From NCBI GenBank assembly GCA_963707985.1, contig CAVPRW010000026.1:18446-82445 (forward strand): 64,000 bases of DNA, in the 5' to 3' direction. This stretch comes from an uncultured Nitrospinota bacterium. Its GTDB lineage: Bacteria; Tectomicrobia; Entotheonellia; J063; CAVPRW01. The notes below the pieces were generated by a model. It was not told the DNA's origin and ran no database searches. It saw nothing but the letters and a program-made list of their open reading frames with translations. Made by a program: the position numbers and the translations under genes. The first letter of the stretch is position 1, and every line of letters starts with the position of its first letter. This document shows, piece after piece, positions 42,568 to 53,024 of this stretch.

Positions 42568-43656
42568 ATGCAAGGGAAAGCTGCCATCTTCCATACACCG
42601 AAAGGCCGTATGGACATTCGTGATGTCACATTGCCGGCGGTCGAACCGAACGGCATCTTGGTACGCATTGCCAGAGCCAATATCTGTGGTTCCGACCTGC
42701 ACATCTGGCGTGGGGATACACCGTTACGTCCTGGGAATCACATTATCGGCCACGAGATGGTGGGGCGGGTGGCAGAGCTCGGCGCCAACATCGAGACCGA
42801 CTCGCAGGGGCAGCCGCTGGCGGTCGGCGATCGGGTGACCTTTCTGTATTTTTACTTTTGTGGTCGCTGCTATGCCTGTCTGGAGGGCTACCGCTCAGCC
42901 TGTGTGAACATGATGCGGACCCCATACCAGATGGACGATGTGATGATCTCCATGGGAGCCTATGCAGAATACTATTACCTGCGACCGGGACATTACGTCT
43001 TCAAAGTACCGGATGACCTTTCGGACGAGATGGTGGCGCCGGTGAATTGCGCCCTGGCCCAGGTCACGTATGGGTTGCAGCGTATTGGCCTGCGCCTAGG
43101 CCAGTCCATCGTCATTCAGGGGGCGGGAGGTCTGGGGATATACGCCACCGCTGTGGCGCGCGATATGGGAGCCGCGAAGATCATCGTTATCGACCGCTTC
43201 GAACCGCGCTTACAGATGGCCGCTGCCTTCGGCGCCGACCACCTGATCAACCTGGAGACGCATGACACCGAGGAATCTCGGGTACGGCTGGTACGGGAGC
43301 TGACCAATGGCTGGGGGGCGGACGTTTGCGTGGAGGTGGTGGGCTCACCGTCGGTCATTCCCGAGGGTGTGCGCATGTTGAAGAATGGTGGCCACTACCT
43401 GATCATGGGGAGCATCAATCCCAAGCAAACAGCCCCCCTGGAGGCCGGCCGCATTGTCTTCGGCCGCATCACCTTGATGGCGCTTGCCACCTATGAGCCC
43501 TGGGTCATCCCACAAGCCTTGGATTTCATGCGGCGCAACCTCCAGCGTTATCCGTTTCATCAGCTGATCTCGCATACTTTTCCGTTGACAGAGATCAACG
43601 AAGCGTTCCAGCAGGCGGACGCGGGAGCGGTGATTCGCGCCTCGTTAGTACCGTAG
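42568..43656 (+). CDS. Zinc-binding (MDR) alcohol dehydrogenase
   Basis: ICGSDLH, GHE, CGRCYAC..C, QGAGGLG. Confidence 0.93.
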   Translation: MQGKAAIFHTPKGRMDIRDVTLPAVEPNGILVRIARANICGSDLHIWRGDTPLRPGNHIIGHEMVGRVAELGANIETDSQGQPLAVGDRVTFLYFYFCGRCYACLEGYRSACVNMMRTPYQMDDVMISMGAYAEYYYLRPGHYVFKVPDDLSDEMVAPVNCALAQVTYGLQRIGLRLGQSIVIQGAGGLGIYATAVARDMGAAKIIVIDRFEPRLQMAAAFGADHLINLETHDTEESRVRLVRELTNGWGADVCVEVVGSPSVIPEGVRMLKNGGHYLIMGSINPKQTAPLEAGRIVFGRITLMALATYEPWVIPQALDFMRRNLQRYPFHQLISHTFPLTEINEAFQQADAGAVIRASLVP

Positions 43657-43749
43657 AAAGCACCACACCGTGACTGACAGGTGCTGAATTGCGCCTCTCG
43701 CTTCTCGTCAGCACTCATGCCTCAGCACTCATGATGGGTTCCTTCGTCC

Positions 43750-44514
43750 ATGGCAGTTATTCTCGATGTGCAGGACTTGGTCAAGACATTTGCTGGCCTG
43801 ATCGTTCTGAACCACTGCTCGTTTCAGGTACGGCAGGGAACCATCACCGGCTTGATCGGTCCGAATGGAGCCGGAAAAACGACGCTCTTCAATGTGTTAA
43901 CCGGCTTTTCCAAACCCGATAGCGGTCAGGTGTTCTTCCACGGCCAGGAGATTACTGGCCTGGCGCCGCACCAGATTTTCCACCACGGTATCTGTCGCAC
44001 CTTTCAGATTCCACGTGAATTTCCAGACATGACAGTGCTCGAAAACCTCATGCTCGTCCCTCCCGGACAGTTTGGAGAGCACCTGTGGTATCCCTGGTTC
44101 CGCCCCGCCATAGTACGCCAACAGGAAGCGCAAATCCGTACCAAGGCCCTCGAAGTGCTGAGGTCGGTTCGCCTAATCGACCTGCGGGAAGAGTATGCGC
44201 GCCATCTCTCTGGTGGCCAAAAAAAACTTCTCGAGTTGGCCCGTACCATGATGGCTGAGCCACGGCTGGTGCTCCTCGACGAGCCAGGAGCGGGGGTCAA
44301 CCCTGCCCTCATGGACGAGTTGGCGGCATATATTTTACATCTGGCCCGCGACCGGGGCGTGACGATTCTGCTCATCGAACATGATATGGACCTGGTGATG
44401 CGTCTGTGCGACCCGGTCATTGTGCTCAGTGAGGGACGGCCACTAGTCGAGGGCGACTTCGAGACGGTCACACACGATCCGAGAGTCTTGGAAGCCTATC
44501 TGGGAGGGGACTAA
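43750..44514 (+). CDS. livG: Branched-chain amino acid ABC ATPase (LivG type)
   Basis: GPNGAGKTT, RTFQ, LSGGQKK, IEHDM, AYLG. Confidence 0.88.
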   Translation: MAVILDVQDLVKTFAGLIVLNHCSFQVRQGTITGLIGPNGAGKTTLFNVLTGFSKPDSGQVFFHGQEITGLAPHQIFHHGICRTFQIPREFPDMTVLENLMLVPPGQFGEHLWYPWFRPAIVRQQEAQIRTKALEVLRSVRLIDLREEYARHLSGGQKKLLELARTMMAEPRLVLLDEPGAGVNPALMDELAAYILHLARDRGVTILLIEHDMDLVMRLCDPVIVLSEGRPLVEGDFETVTHDPRVLEAYLGGD

Positions 44515-44519
44515 CCGCT

Positions 44520-45230
44520 GTGGCTTTGCTCGATGTGCGCCATGTCACCTCTGGCTATGGAGAGATGACGGTCCTTCACGATATTTCCATGCGAGTGGAT
44601 GCCGGCGAGGCTGTCACCCTGATCGGCCCGAATGGAGCAGGCAAGTCAACACTATTAAAGACTATTTTCGGTCTGCTGATACCAACTGAGGGACGAATTC
44701 ACTTCGAAGACGCTGACATTACCGGTTTAAAGCCGCCGGCCCTGGTGCGCCGGGGTATGTCATTCGTACCGCAGGTTGACAATGTGTTTCCGTCCCTCAC
44801 GGTGCAGGAGAATTTAGAAATGGGGACCTTCGTGCGCGGTGACACCTTCGCCGAACGGCTCGAGGAGATGTATACCTTTTTCCCCACGTTGCGGCTGAAG
44901 CGCAAGCAACGCGTCGGTGGTCTGTCGGGGGGCGAGCGCCAGATGGTGGCCATGGGGCGGGCGTTGATGCTCGATCCACGCCTGTTGCTGCTTGATGAAC
45001 CGTCCGCTGGCCTGTCGCCCCGCCTGGTGGGCATGGTCTTCGAGAAGATTGCAGAGATCAATCAAACAGGCGTGGCGCTGCTCATCGTCGAACAAAATGC
45101 CCGTCAGGCGCTGCGGCTGTCGCATCGCGGCTATGTCCTGGCCAGCGGACAGGTTCGTCTCGAGGGAAAAGGTGACCAACTTTTGGGCGATGAAGAGGTA
45201 GGACGCCTCTATCTCGGCGGGCGGCGATGA
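44520..45230 (+). CDS. livF: Branched-chain amino acid ABC ATPase (LivF type)
   Basis: GPNGAGKST, LSGGERQM, DEPSAGL, VEQNA. Confidence 0.88.
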   Translation: MALLDVRHVTSGYGEMTVLHDISMRVDAGEAVTLIGPNGAGKSTLLKTIFGLLIPTEGRIHFEDADITGLKPPALVRRGMSFVPQVDNVFPSLTVQENLEMGTFVRGDTFAERLEEMYTFFPTLRLKRKQRVGGLSGGERQMVAMGRALMLDPRLLLLDEPSAGLSPRLVGMVFEKIAEINQTGVALLIVEQNARQALRLSHRGYVLASGQVRLEGKGDQLLGDEEVGRLYLGGRR

Positions 45231-46132
45231 CTGAGTTGCTCGTGTATGGCATCGTGTTGGGCAGCATTATCGCCTTAGGGGCGATCGGCCTGACGCTATT
45301 ATTCGGTGTGCTGCGGTTTGCCCACTTCGCCCATGGCGACCTCATGACCCTTGGTGCCTATGTGGTGCTGCTGCTGAACGCGGAGCTCCTGCCGGCGCTG
45401 GGTATCCCAGAGCACAAATGGGGGCCGCTGTCATTCGGCGGACGCATGCTGGGGTCGTTGGTGGTCTCGATGGGGGTCACCGCCCTGGTTGCTCTCCTGA
45501 TCGACCGCATTCTCTACTATCCCCTACGCACCAAAAGATCCTCCTCAGCCATGCTTGCCATTGCCTCCTTGGGGATGGCGCTTATTCTGCGCAGCTTCAT
45601 GTATATCATCTGGGGGCCGCAATTTTTGTTTTATTCTCAGGAGCTGCGACCGGCATGGGAGCTTCCCCTGGGTGTGCGGCTGAAACCCGACCAGGTCTTC
45701 ATTCTGGTGCTGGTCCTCCTCCTGGTGCTCCTGCTTTATCTCTTTTTGCAGCACACCAAGCTCGGCAAAGCCATGCGGGCGACGGCCGATAATCCGCAAC
45801 TGGCCTTGGTCTGTGGCATCGACACGGCGCATGTGACGGCTTGGACGTGGGGGATCGGTGCAGCCCTGGCGGCGGCGGCTGGAGTGCTCTATGCCATCGA
45901 TGCCCAGCTGCGCCCGGATATGGGGTGGAGTTTTCTGTTGCCGCTCTTCGCCGCCGTGATCTTGGGTGGCATTGGCAGTCCGCTCGGGGCATTGGTGGGA
46001 GGAATGATCCTGGGAGTGGTCCAACAGGTCTCCACCGCCTTCCTGCTGCCCACCTATAAGCCAGCGGTGGCGTTTATGGTGCTGATCTTGTTGCTCTTCG
46101 TGCGACCCCGTGGGTTGTTCGGAGGGACGTAG
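45227..46132 (+). CDS. livH: Branched-chain amino acid ABC permease (LivH type)
   Basis: FAHGD, GKAMRA.ADN, ILGGIGS. Confidence 0.88.
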   Translation: MTELLVYGIVLGSIIALGAIGLTLLFGVLRFAHFAHGDLMTLGAYVVLLLNAELLPALGIPEHKWGPLSFGGRMLGSLVVSMGVTALVALLIDRILYYPLRTKRSSSAMLAIASLGMALILRSFMYIIWGPQFLFYSQELRPAWELPLGVRLKPDQVFILVLVLLLVLLLYLFLQHTKLGKAMRATADNPQLALVCGIDTAHVTAWTWGIGAALAAAAGVLYAIDAQLRPDMGWSFLLPLFAAVILGGIGSPLGALVGGMILGVVQQVSTAFLLPTYKPAVAFMVLILLLFVRPRGLFGGT

Positions 46133-46271
46133 GGAACCCCAGTTCCCTCTTCATCCGCCAGGTCTGGCAGGCCTTCCGCGTGAGCCCACAGGGACAGCTG
46201 GCGTTGCAATAGGAGCTCCCGGCCACAGAGATGGCGTTCAGCACCGCAGAAACACCATCAGAGGTGAGCCG

Positions 46272-46328
46272 ATGAGCGACTATGACACGGATTTCTCTGG
46301 GTGGACGCAGACCCAGGCCGCGGCGTAG
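46272..46328 (+). pseudogene. DUF29-family N-terminal stub
   Basis: MSDYDTDFSGWTQTQAAA* after a GAGGT RBS. Confidence 0.55.
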
Positions 46329-46490
46329 CTGGCTTGCGTGGTGAGATAAACATCATCGCTGCCCCCACGACTGTGCCGAGCGGCCAAACGTTTGAAGTCA
46401 AAGTGAAGTGTTTCAATACCGGTGAGGCCATAGGGCTGATTTGGGCCACTGGTACCCTCCCGCTCTGCAAGAGGGTTTTGGTGAGGGCAG

Positions 46491-47471
46491 GTGATTATGG
46501 ATGTCGGTGGTCTTGTGAGCTATGTCGTCTCGCTCGCCATTATGGGCGGGATCTACGCCGTCTTCGCCCTGGGGCTTAATGTGCAATGGGGTTACACGGG
46601 CCTGTTCAATATCGGCATTGCGGGGTTCTTCGCTATTGGTGCCTATACGTCGGCCCTGCTGACCACCCCCATGCCCGAAGGTGTCTATGCCACTTATGTG
46701 CAGCAGATTGTCGGACTGAACCTGCCGTTTCCCCTGGGGTTATTGGGGGCGGCAGTCGTTGCAGGAATTATCGGACTGATCATCGGCATTCCGACCCTGC
46801 GACTGCGTGAAGATTACCTGGCCATCGCCACGATCGGGATCGCCGAGTCGATCCGTCTGATCTTTAACAATGAAAGCTGGTTAGCGAATGGCCCTCGGGG
46901 TCTGACAGGCATACCGCAGCCGCTGCGCTCGTGGGTGGAGCCCCAGCATTACCATTATCTGTATTTGATCATCGTTCTCGCCACCGTTGCAGCGGTATAT
47001 TGGGCCATCGAACGGGGTATTCGCTCCCCTTGGGGGCGTGTGCTGCGAGCCATCCGTGAGGATGAGATGGCGACAGCGATGCAAGGCAAACATGTGTTTG
47101 CCTTCAAACTCCAGGCCCTGGTGTTGGGGTCGGCGATTATGGGGCTTGGAGGTGGGCTCTATGCCCATTATGTGCGTGCCATCTCCCCTGATGCCTTTAC
47201 CCCTCTCTTTGGCACATTCCTCATCTGGGTGATGCTGATGCTGGGGGGCACCGGCAACAACAAAGGTGCGATCTTAGGGGCCTTCCTGGTCTGGGGGATC
47301 TGGACAGGCTCGACCTTCATTACCGATCAAACACTACCGCCGTTCTGGGCAGCGCGGGCCCCGTATGTGCGGTTCCTCCTCATCGGCCTGATCATGGAAG
47401 CCATCATCTTGCTGCGCCCGCAGGGTCTGCTCGGTGAAGAACGCCGGGTATCGAAACTGTTGGAGGAGTGA
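46491..47471 (+). CDS. livM: Branched-chain amino acid ABC permease (LivM type)
   Basis: GLNVQWGYTG, LRLREDYLAIAT, GRVLRAIREDE, RPQGLLGE. Confidence 0.88.
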   Translation: MIMDVGGLVSYVVSLAIMGGIYAVFALGLNVQWGYTGLFNIGIAGFFAIGAYTSALLTTPMPEGVYATYVQQIVGLNLPFPLGLLGAAVVAGIIGLIIGIPTLRLREDYLAIATIGIAESIRLIFNNESWLANGPRGLTGIPQPLRSWVEPQHYHYLYLIIVLATVAAVYWAIERGIRSPWGRVLRAIREDEMATAMQGKHVFAFKLQALVLGSAIMGLGGGLYAHYVRAISPDAFTPLFGTFLIWVMLMLGGTGNNKGAILGAFLVWGIWTGSTFITDQTLPPFWAARAPYVRFLLIGLIMEAIILLRPQGLLGEERRVSKLLEE

Positions 47472-47613
47472 CATGGCACTTCCAATGAGCTCTTAAACCC
47501 TGTTGGAAGGAGAGTATTGTCCGTCTTCCTCAGACCCCTCATGTTTCAATCGTCGGGCGACAACGTTGCCATGGCTGTACACCAACATAGCTCCAGAAAT
47601 GACGGAATCCGTC

Positions 47614-48230
47614 TCAGCCCACGAATTGCTCATGATGTTCCAGCCACCAGCGAGCAATATCCACTCGTCGTGTCAACCACACATCGCCTTTGTTCAGGGC
47701 GTATTCAATAAACTCACGCAGGCCAGATGTCCGTCCTGCCTGTCCTGCCATGCGCGGATGTAGGCCAATCGACATCATTTTCGGATAGCCCGCCATCCCT
47801 TCCCGCCACAGTTCGTCCAAACCTCGTTTGCAGGTCTCGAAGAAATCGGTGGGACTACCATACCCCTGCGCCAGAACGTAGCGGACATCGTTGTAGGTGA
47901 GGGAATACGGGACGATCAGATGACGTTTCCCGTTGACCTGGGTAAAGTACGGCAGATCGTCATTGTAGGCATCGGAGTCATAGAGAAAACCACCCTCCTC
48001 CACGACCAACTCTCTGGTGTTGACACTCGGTCCATAGCGACAGTACCAGCCCAGCGGTCGCTCTCCGCACGTGTTTTTGATGGACTCGATCGCCCACTGC
48101 AGGTATTGCCTTTCTTCCTCTCGGCTGAAACGCCAGTGTTCACTCCAACGCCAGCCATGGGAGCAGGGCTCGTGTCCACTCTCCTGCAGCCATTGCCCTA
48201 CTTCAAGGTTGCGCTCTAACGCCACCGCTC
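47614..48230 (-). pseudogene. PuuE-like allantoinase / polysaccharide deacetylase, 5'-truncated
   Basis: ALERN, SHGWRW, GWYCR, YDSDAYNDDLPY, MMSIGLH; the N-terminal part is missing. Confidence 0.8.
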
Positions 48231-48655
48231 ACCTCGCCCGTACCGAGGCCGAGGTTCTCGTTGGCCGTCGGAATCGCCAGATTGGGGATGAGGGCGAGGG
48301 CGAGCTCGAAGGGGTCCCAGGGGAGGCGGGCCTTCGCCGCCAGGACGAGATCCCCCACCCCCACCGCCTTCCGGGGGGAGCCCTCCTGGTCCTCGGCCAT
48401 GAGCACGCTCGGCTTGATCGACGCTTCCAGCCAGTCCGTGAGGCCGAACCCAAAGCTGAACGGGGCGGTCAGGGTATACCCGTCCGACGAGGTTTCCAGT
48501 TCCAGGCCGGCTTCGACCTGGACGCGCCCCAGTTCCACTGGGTAGGCGTCATCAGTCACCAGCGGTCGTCCGGCATAGCTGTCGACGGTGAGTGCCCATA
48601 GTCCGATGATGGCAAGCGCTCCTATTTTGATCGTCACAGCTGCTCTCCGCATCAT
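48230..48655 (-). pseudogene. N-terminal part of a putative outer-membrane transporter (MetA-pathway/phenol-degradation-like beta-barrel)
   Basis: Signal peptide, GRPLVTDDA, G.GDL, IPTA...LGTG; cut off where the PuuE fragment begins. Confidence 0.55.
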
Positions 48656-48937
48656 GTATCCCCCTTCTGCGTCTGCTCTCTCCATAGAGTCCCCTTGGGT
48701 GCACACCCGGACCATCCGTCCATCCACAGAGGCGTCATGAGCGGCGTATGAGCTCGTGCGCTGGCGCCCACTGACCGCCTCGAGCATAGAAAGATGTTAC
48801 CTATAAGCACTTTTTCAAGATAATCGTACTACACACAGGCGACAACAAAGCACCACACACGCGGTCAGCGGTTATCACGACCCTCCATGGGGTACCAGGG
48901 CCGGGGAGGTGCCGCGTGCGAACCAGCCGCTCCCCAC

Positions 48938-49087
48938 CTATCTGATCCAGAACACGATGAGACCCGCAAAGGAGATGAAGCGAAAGGTGCAGACCACATG
49001 GGCGGGCGTCTCGACCGGATCGGGATTGGTGGGGAGCACGGCATAGATCGCGGCGGCGGCGATGACGTCCCCCGCCATGCCCCACAG
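48938..49087 (-). pseudogene. C-terminal remnant of a CbtA-like cobalt transporter subunit
   Basis: Translates as LWGMAG...IYAVLPTNPDPVETPAHVVCTFRFISFAGLIVFW*; lies directly downstream of the B12 riboswitch. Confidence 0.55.
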
Positions 49088-49132
49088 CTACGGTCATGTA
49101 CGTGACAGGCAAGGATCGGCAGGGCTGGGCAC

Positions 49133-49163
49133 AAAAAAACCCCACCGCTGGAATAGGTGAGGT
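49133..49163 (-). terminator. Intrinsic terminator-like hairpin in the riboswitch expression platform
   Basis: Minus strand CCTCACC-loop-GGTGGGG followed by T7. Confidence 0.55.
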
Positions 49164-49219
49164 CTGGTGAAGCGGGCATCCCTGACGCTCCTCATGCCGC
49201 GAAGGAGTGTGCGTAAAGG

Positions 49220-49378
49220 CTATAGAGGCCGGTCTCCTGACTTGCGGATCATCCTACTCACCAACGCCTTCCCAGCCGTCTCGTGGCCAGTGGCACGTCC
49301 TGTTGGCTTTCGTCCCCGCTCACAGTGGCGCGTCCGTGAGGGAATAGCACCCTCTTCCCGTAAGCTCCACCTCTATAG
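49220..49378 (-). ncRNA. Cobalamin (B12) riboswitch
   Basis: Minus strand: CTATAGAGG P1 arm, GGGAA..GGTG..ATTCC, GCCACTGTG, GCCACTG...GGGAAGGC, AAGTCAGGAGACCGGC B12 box, closing CCTCTATAG. Confidence 0.92.
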
Positions 49379-49924
49379 CAAGAATCGGAAATAACCCCTG
49401 AGAAGTATCACCTGCAACAGCAAATGTCAAGCAAGGTTTTGCCAGATCGTCATGAGAGGCTCGGATGTCCTCCCAGGAGACGGGGTGCTGCGATGTGAAT
49501 GGGGCCGCGGCTTCCATCCCGCCGCGCCTCACAGACACCTAGCCCTGAGCTTGCACCATCAATGATTTGAGTATGAGGAAAATCTGTGGGACGCGGTAGG
49601 CGTCCGTACTATGCAAAGTTGAGGTAGGGAGGTGCCATGCCAAGGTATCGCACCGTGGGCGATAATTGGTCACGTCCCTCACCAATGGGCCAGAGGAGCA
49701 GGTGGCGCTCACCGATGGCTCTGGCGTGGACCGCCTGATCAACCAACTGTCCACGGATTTTGGTCACACTCGAATAAAATGACTGTAAGAAGGTTCTTTA
49801 GGAGCATAGGTCTCGCATTAGACCACGAGTGAAGGCAGCGGGCATTTGGAGGACGTAGCGATGTGGCCGACTAGGAATCTGTTACCAGCGAGGTGGACGT
49901 ACGTTATGCGGGTGATGCTGCTCT

Positions 49925-50035
49925 CCCTGGCCGTGCCCAACTGGCCAGATGCCATGCCGAGCTGGTCATGTGAGCCGAAGGCAGAGCCCGCGGGGACGAA
50001 GGGCTGCGGATTGCCGAGGCGGTGGGGCTGATTCC
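49925..50035 (+). pseudogene. Short TPR fragment of the adenylate cyclase/AAA family
   Basis: LARCHAELVM*AEGRARGDEGLRIAEAVG. Confidence 0.5.
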
Positions 50036-50399
50036 GCAGGCAGCGGTGGTCGACCAGGCGGTCACCAGGCTGGTGTGGACGGGAGACAGAGAAGCACCGC
50101 GAGAACTACCGCCTCGCATCCCAGAGGCCCAATAGCCCCAGTCACGAGCTGCGCTGCATGCACCGGACGCCGAACGCCGGCACCTCACGGTGTTGTCCGG
50201 AGCGGGTGCTCCTGCGCTTCGAGCGGGAGAAAGCACCCCAACAGAAGCGCAGCAAGCTGGAGCCGTCTCAGGCTTTTCGCTTGACACCGGGCTAGCTCTG
50301 CAGTATTGACACACCATCTCACACTGCTATGGCGACGGCACGTTGAAGAACTTGGGGCTGGGTGGTGCCCCGCCACGCCCACCGCAGGTCCGGAGGGGC

Positions 50400-50913
50400 G
50401 CATACATACGCTGCCCGCACTGTCAACATGAAGAACCGTGAGGGCGCCCGCTTCTGTGCGGCCTGCGGGAACTCGATAGCCTGGATGCGCCCCGCGAGTG
50501 GTAGTCACCCCCCACCCGGAGCGACCTACTGCTATCACTGTGGCACTTCCCTGACCGAAACTACGACCTGGGCACGACATGCCTACCGGATCGTGCATCT
50601 GATCGATAACCAGGTCCGCAGCCTACGGAAGCGGCAAGTCATTGAATCCTTCAAGGGTCACGACCGGGAAGGAACGTACGGGGGGATCCAGACGAACATT
50701 GCGGATTATCAATTAGGCGATCCGCTCGACTGTCCCTTCGAGCGGACCATGGCACTGGCGCGTCTCCCCACGCGGCTCAAGCGGCTTGAGCCTGAGGTGC
50801 AAGAGCGCCTGATTAACTGGGGGTATGCAGTGTGTGACGCCGCACTACGAAGGCACATTGACCCCAGGCTGCCTCGGCCTAGCGCTTTTGCCTACCCGGA
50901 AGCTCGTGTGTAA
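50400..50913 (+). pseudogene. Chimera: double zinc-ribbon stub joined to the C-terminus of a patatin-like phospholipase
   Basis: RCPHCQH / NREGARFCAACG..YCYHCG, then IDNQVRSLRKRQVI...PTRLK...QERLINWGYAVCDAALR. Confidence 0.65.
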
Positions 50914-50965
50914 TCGGTTGCTAGCGTTGTCGACATCGCCCGATCCGCCATGCAAGGAGGGCACT

Positions 50966-53024
50966 ATGGCGTCACTATTGGGCAGCGAGAGCCGCAAGAT
51001 CGACCCCAAGTTACGCATGATCGCCAATGGCTCGACAGAGGTGAACACCGTACGCGCTGAGCAGTGTACGGCTCTGGCCGTCGAGACATCCACGCGCGCA
51101 GAGGCGCTCCCCCTGTTGCGGGGAGAGGAGCCTGTCATGCAAAGCCTCAGCGCGTTGCCTGGGTTGCCCACGCCACCTAAACTGCAAAAATTGGCCGAAG
51201 ACATCCTCCTGAACGTCTTTATCGAGACACAGGATGATCGGCGAAAACCTTCCCGAGGTGCTCAAAGAGGGTGCGCATAGAGCAAACCTCGTGACGGCAA
51301 CAGTCCAACTCAACAAGTTGCCGGAGATCGCCCAGCACCCCCGGGTCTTGCACATTGAACTCGGGGAGCCCTTGGCGGCTCCAACGCCCGAGATCTCACA
51401 TACAGGCCTCGACGCCCCGGCTGTCTCGCGGTGGCGGTTCGGCTCGCCCGCCAAGCACCATGACGGCGCTGGCGTGTTGATCGGCATTATTGATGTCCAG
51501 GGGTTTGACTTTGCTCACCCTGACTTCCTCGACGGACATCAGACTAGGTTCGTTCGTATCTGGGATCAAGGCGGCACCGCCCGGCCGAGCCCGCATACAC
51601 AAGCCCCGGAGCGATACGGCAAGCAGTTTGACTTCGGTGCGGAGTTCCGCCAGGAGCATTTGGACCAAGCCATCGCCGCGGCCGCAACGCTTCGGCTGCC
51701 GCCACAGGAGATCGAGTCGCAATCGCAGATGGCTCCATCGTCCCACGGGACCCATGTGGCCAGTATCGCCGCCGGTAATCTGGGAATCTGCCGAAAATCC
51801 CTGATTGCGGGTGTGCTCATCGCCCTTCCAGAGGACGACGCCGATCGCCGTAAGTCGTTCTATGACTCGACTCGCATCGCCCACGCCGTTGACTATCTCC
51901 TCCTCCTGGCCGACGAACTTCAGGTCCCCGTCTCCATCAACATTAGCCTGGGGACCAATGGGCATGCACACGATGGCAGCAGCGCCATTAGCCGTTGGCT
52001 CGACGCCTCCCTGGCCGTGCCCGGGCGGAGCGTCTGCGTTGCCGCTGGAAACGCCGGCCAGGAAGTCGCCACCTTCCCAGGAGATATCGGCTATGTCACG
52101 GGTCGGATTCATACGAGTGGGAAAGTGCCGGGCCGGTACCTCCACAAGGACATCGAGTGGTCTGTCGTAGGCAACGGGCGCGTTGACATTTCCGAGAACG
52201 AACTTGAGGTCTGGTACAGCGCGCGCGATCGCTTCGCAGTCTCGGTTCGACCCCCGGGGATAGAGGCTGACTGGATTGGTCCCGTCGAGCCCCGACAGTA
52301 TGTCGAGAACCACCAGCTGTCTGATGGTAGTTTCGTCAGCATCTATAACGAACTCTACCACCCAGCCAATGGCAGCAATTACATCGCGGTCTACCTGAGC
52401 CCGTACTTCAGCAACGAGGGCGTCATCGGCGTGCCCGCGGGGCAGTGGATCGTCCGTCTTCACGGCCAGGACATGCGCGACGGCAGCTATCATGGCTGGA
52501 TTGAGCGAGATGATCCTCGAAGGCTGGGTCGGATCGGCTCTCAGGAGGCGTGGCGGTTCCCGTCGTTCTTCACGGAGGCCTCTAACGTCGATAACGCCTC
52601 CGTCGGGTCGCTGGCGTGCGGACGGCGTGTCATTTCCGTGGCCAACTTGCATGAGGCCGAGGAGCGGATCCATATCACCAGCAGCCAGGGACCGACGCGC
52701 GACAACCGCTGCAAACCGGACGTGGCCGCGCCTGGCACTGGCATCATCGCCGCCAACGGTTTCGGGGGTGCCGACGACCTGTGGGTGAAGATGACGGGCA
52801 CGAGCATGGCAAGCCCATACGTTGCTGGGGTGGTGGGGCTCATGCTGGCATGCGAGCCGAGGCTCACCGCCGCGCAGATCGAAGGGATCCTGCATCGGAC
52901 TGCGCGCCCGCTGCCTGGAAATGCTTTCGAGTGGGTCAACGATGCGGGTTTCGGGATGATCCACCCGGTAGCATGCCTTGAGGAGGCCCAGGGCCTTAAC
53001 ACGCGCACGGAGGTCGGGAAATGA
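50966..53024 (+). CDS. S8 (subtilisin-like) serine peptidase, frameshift near 51,235-51,260
   Basis: GIIDVQG (Asp), HGTHVASIAAG (His), AAGNAG, KPDVAAPG, GTSMASP (Ser); AAGGAGG RBS; no evident signal peptide. Confidence 0.9.

Noticed and set aside
51396..52964. Long antisense ORFs (also 16045-17328, 33587-34651, 40825-41760, 38438-39400)
   Set aside because: Shadow frames opposite well-supported genes in GC-rich DNA, with no recognisable motifs.
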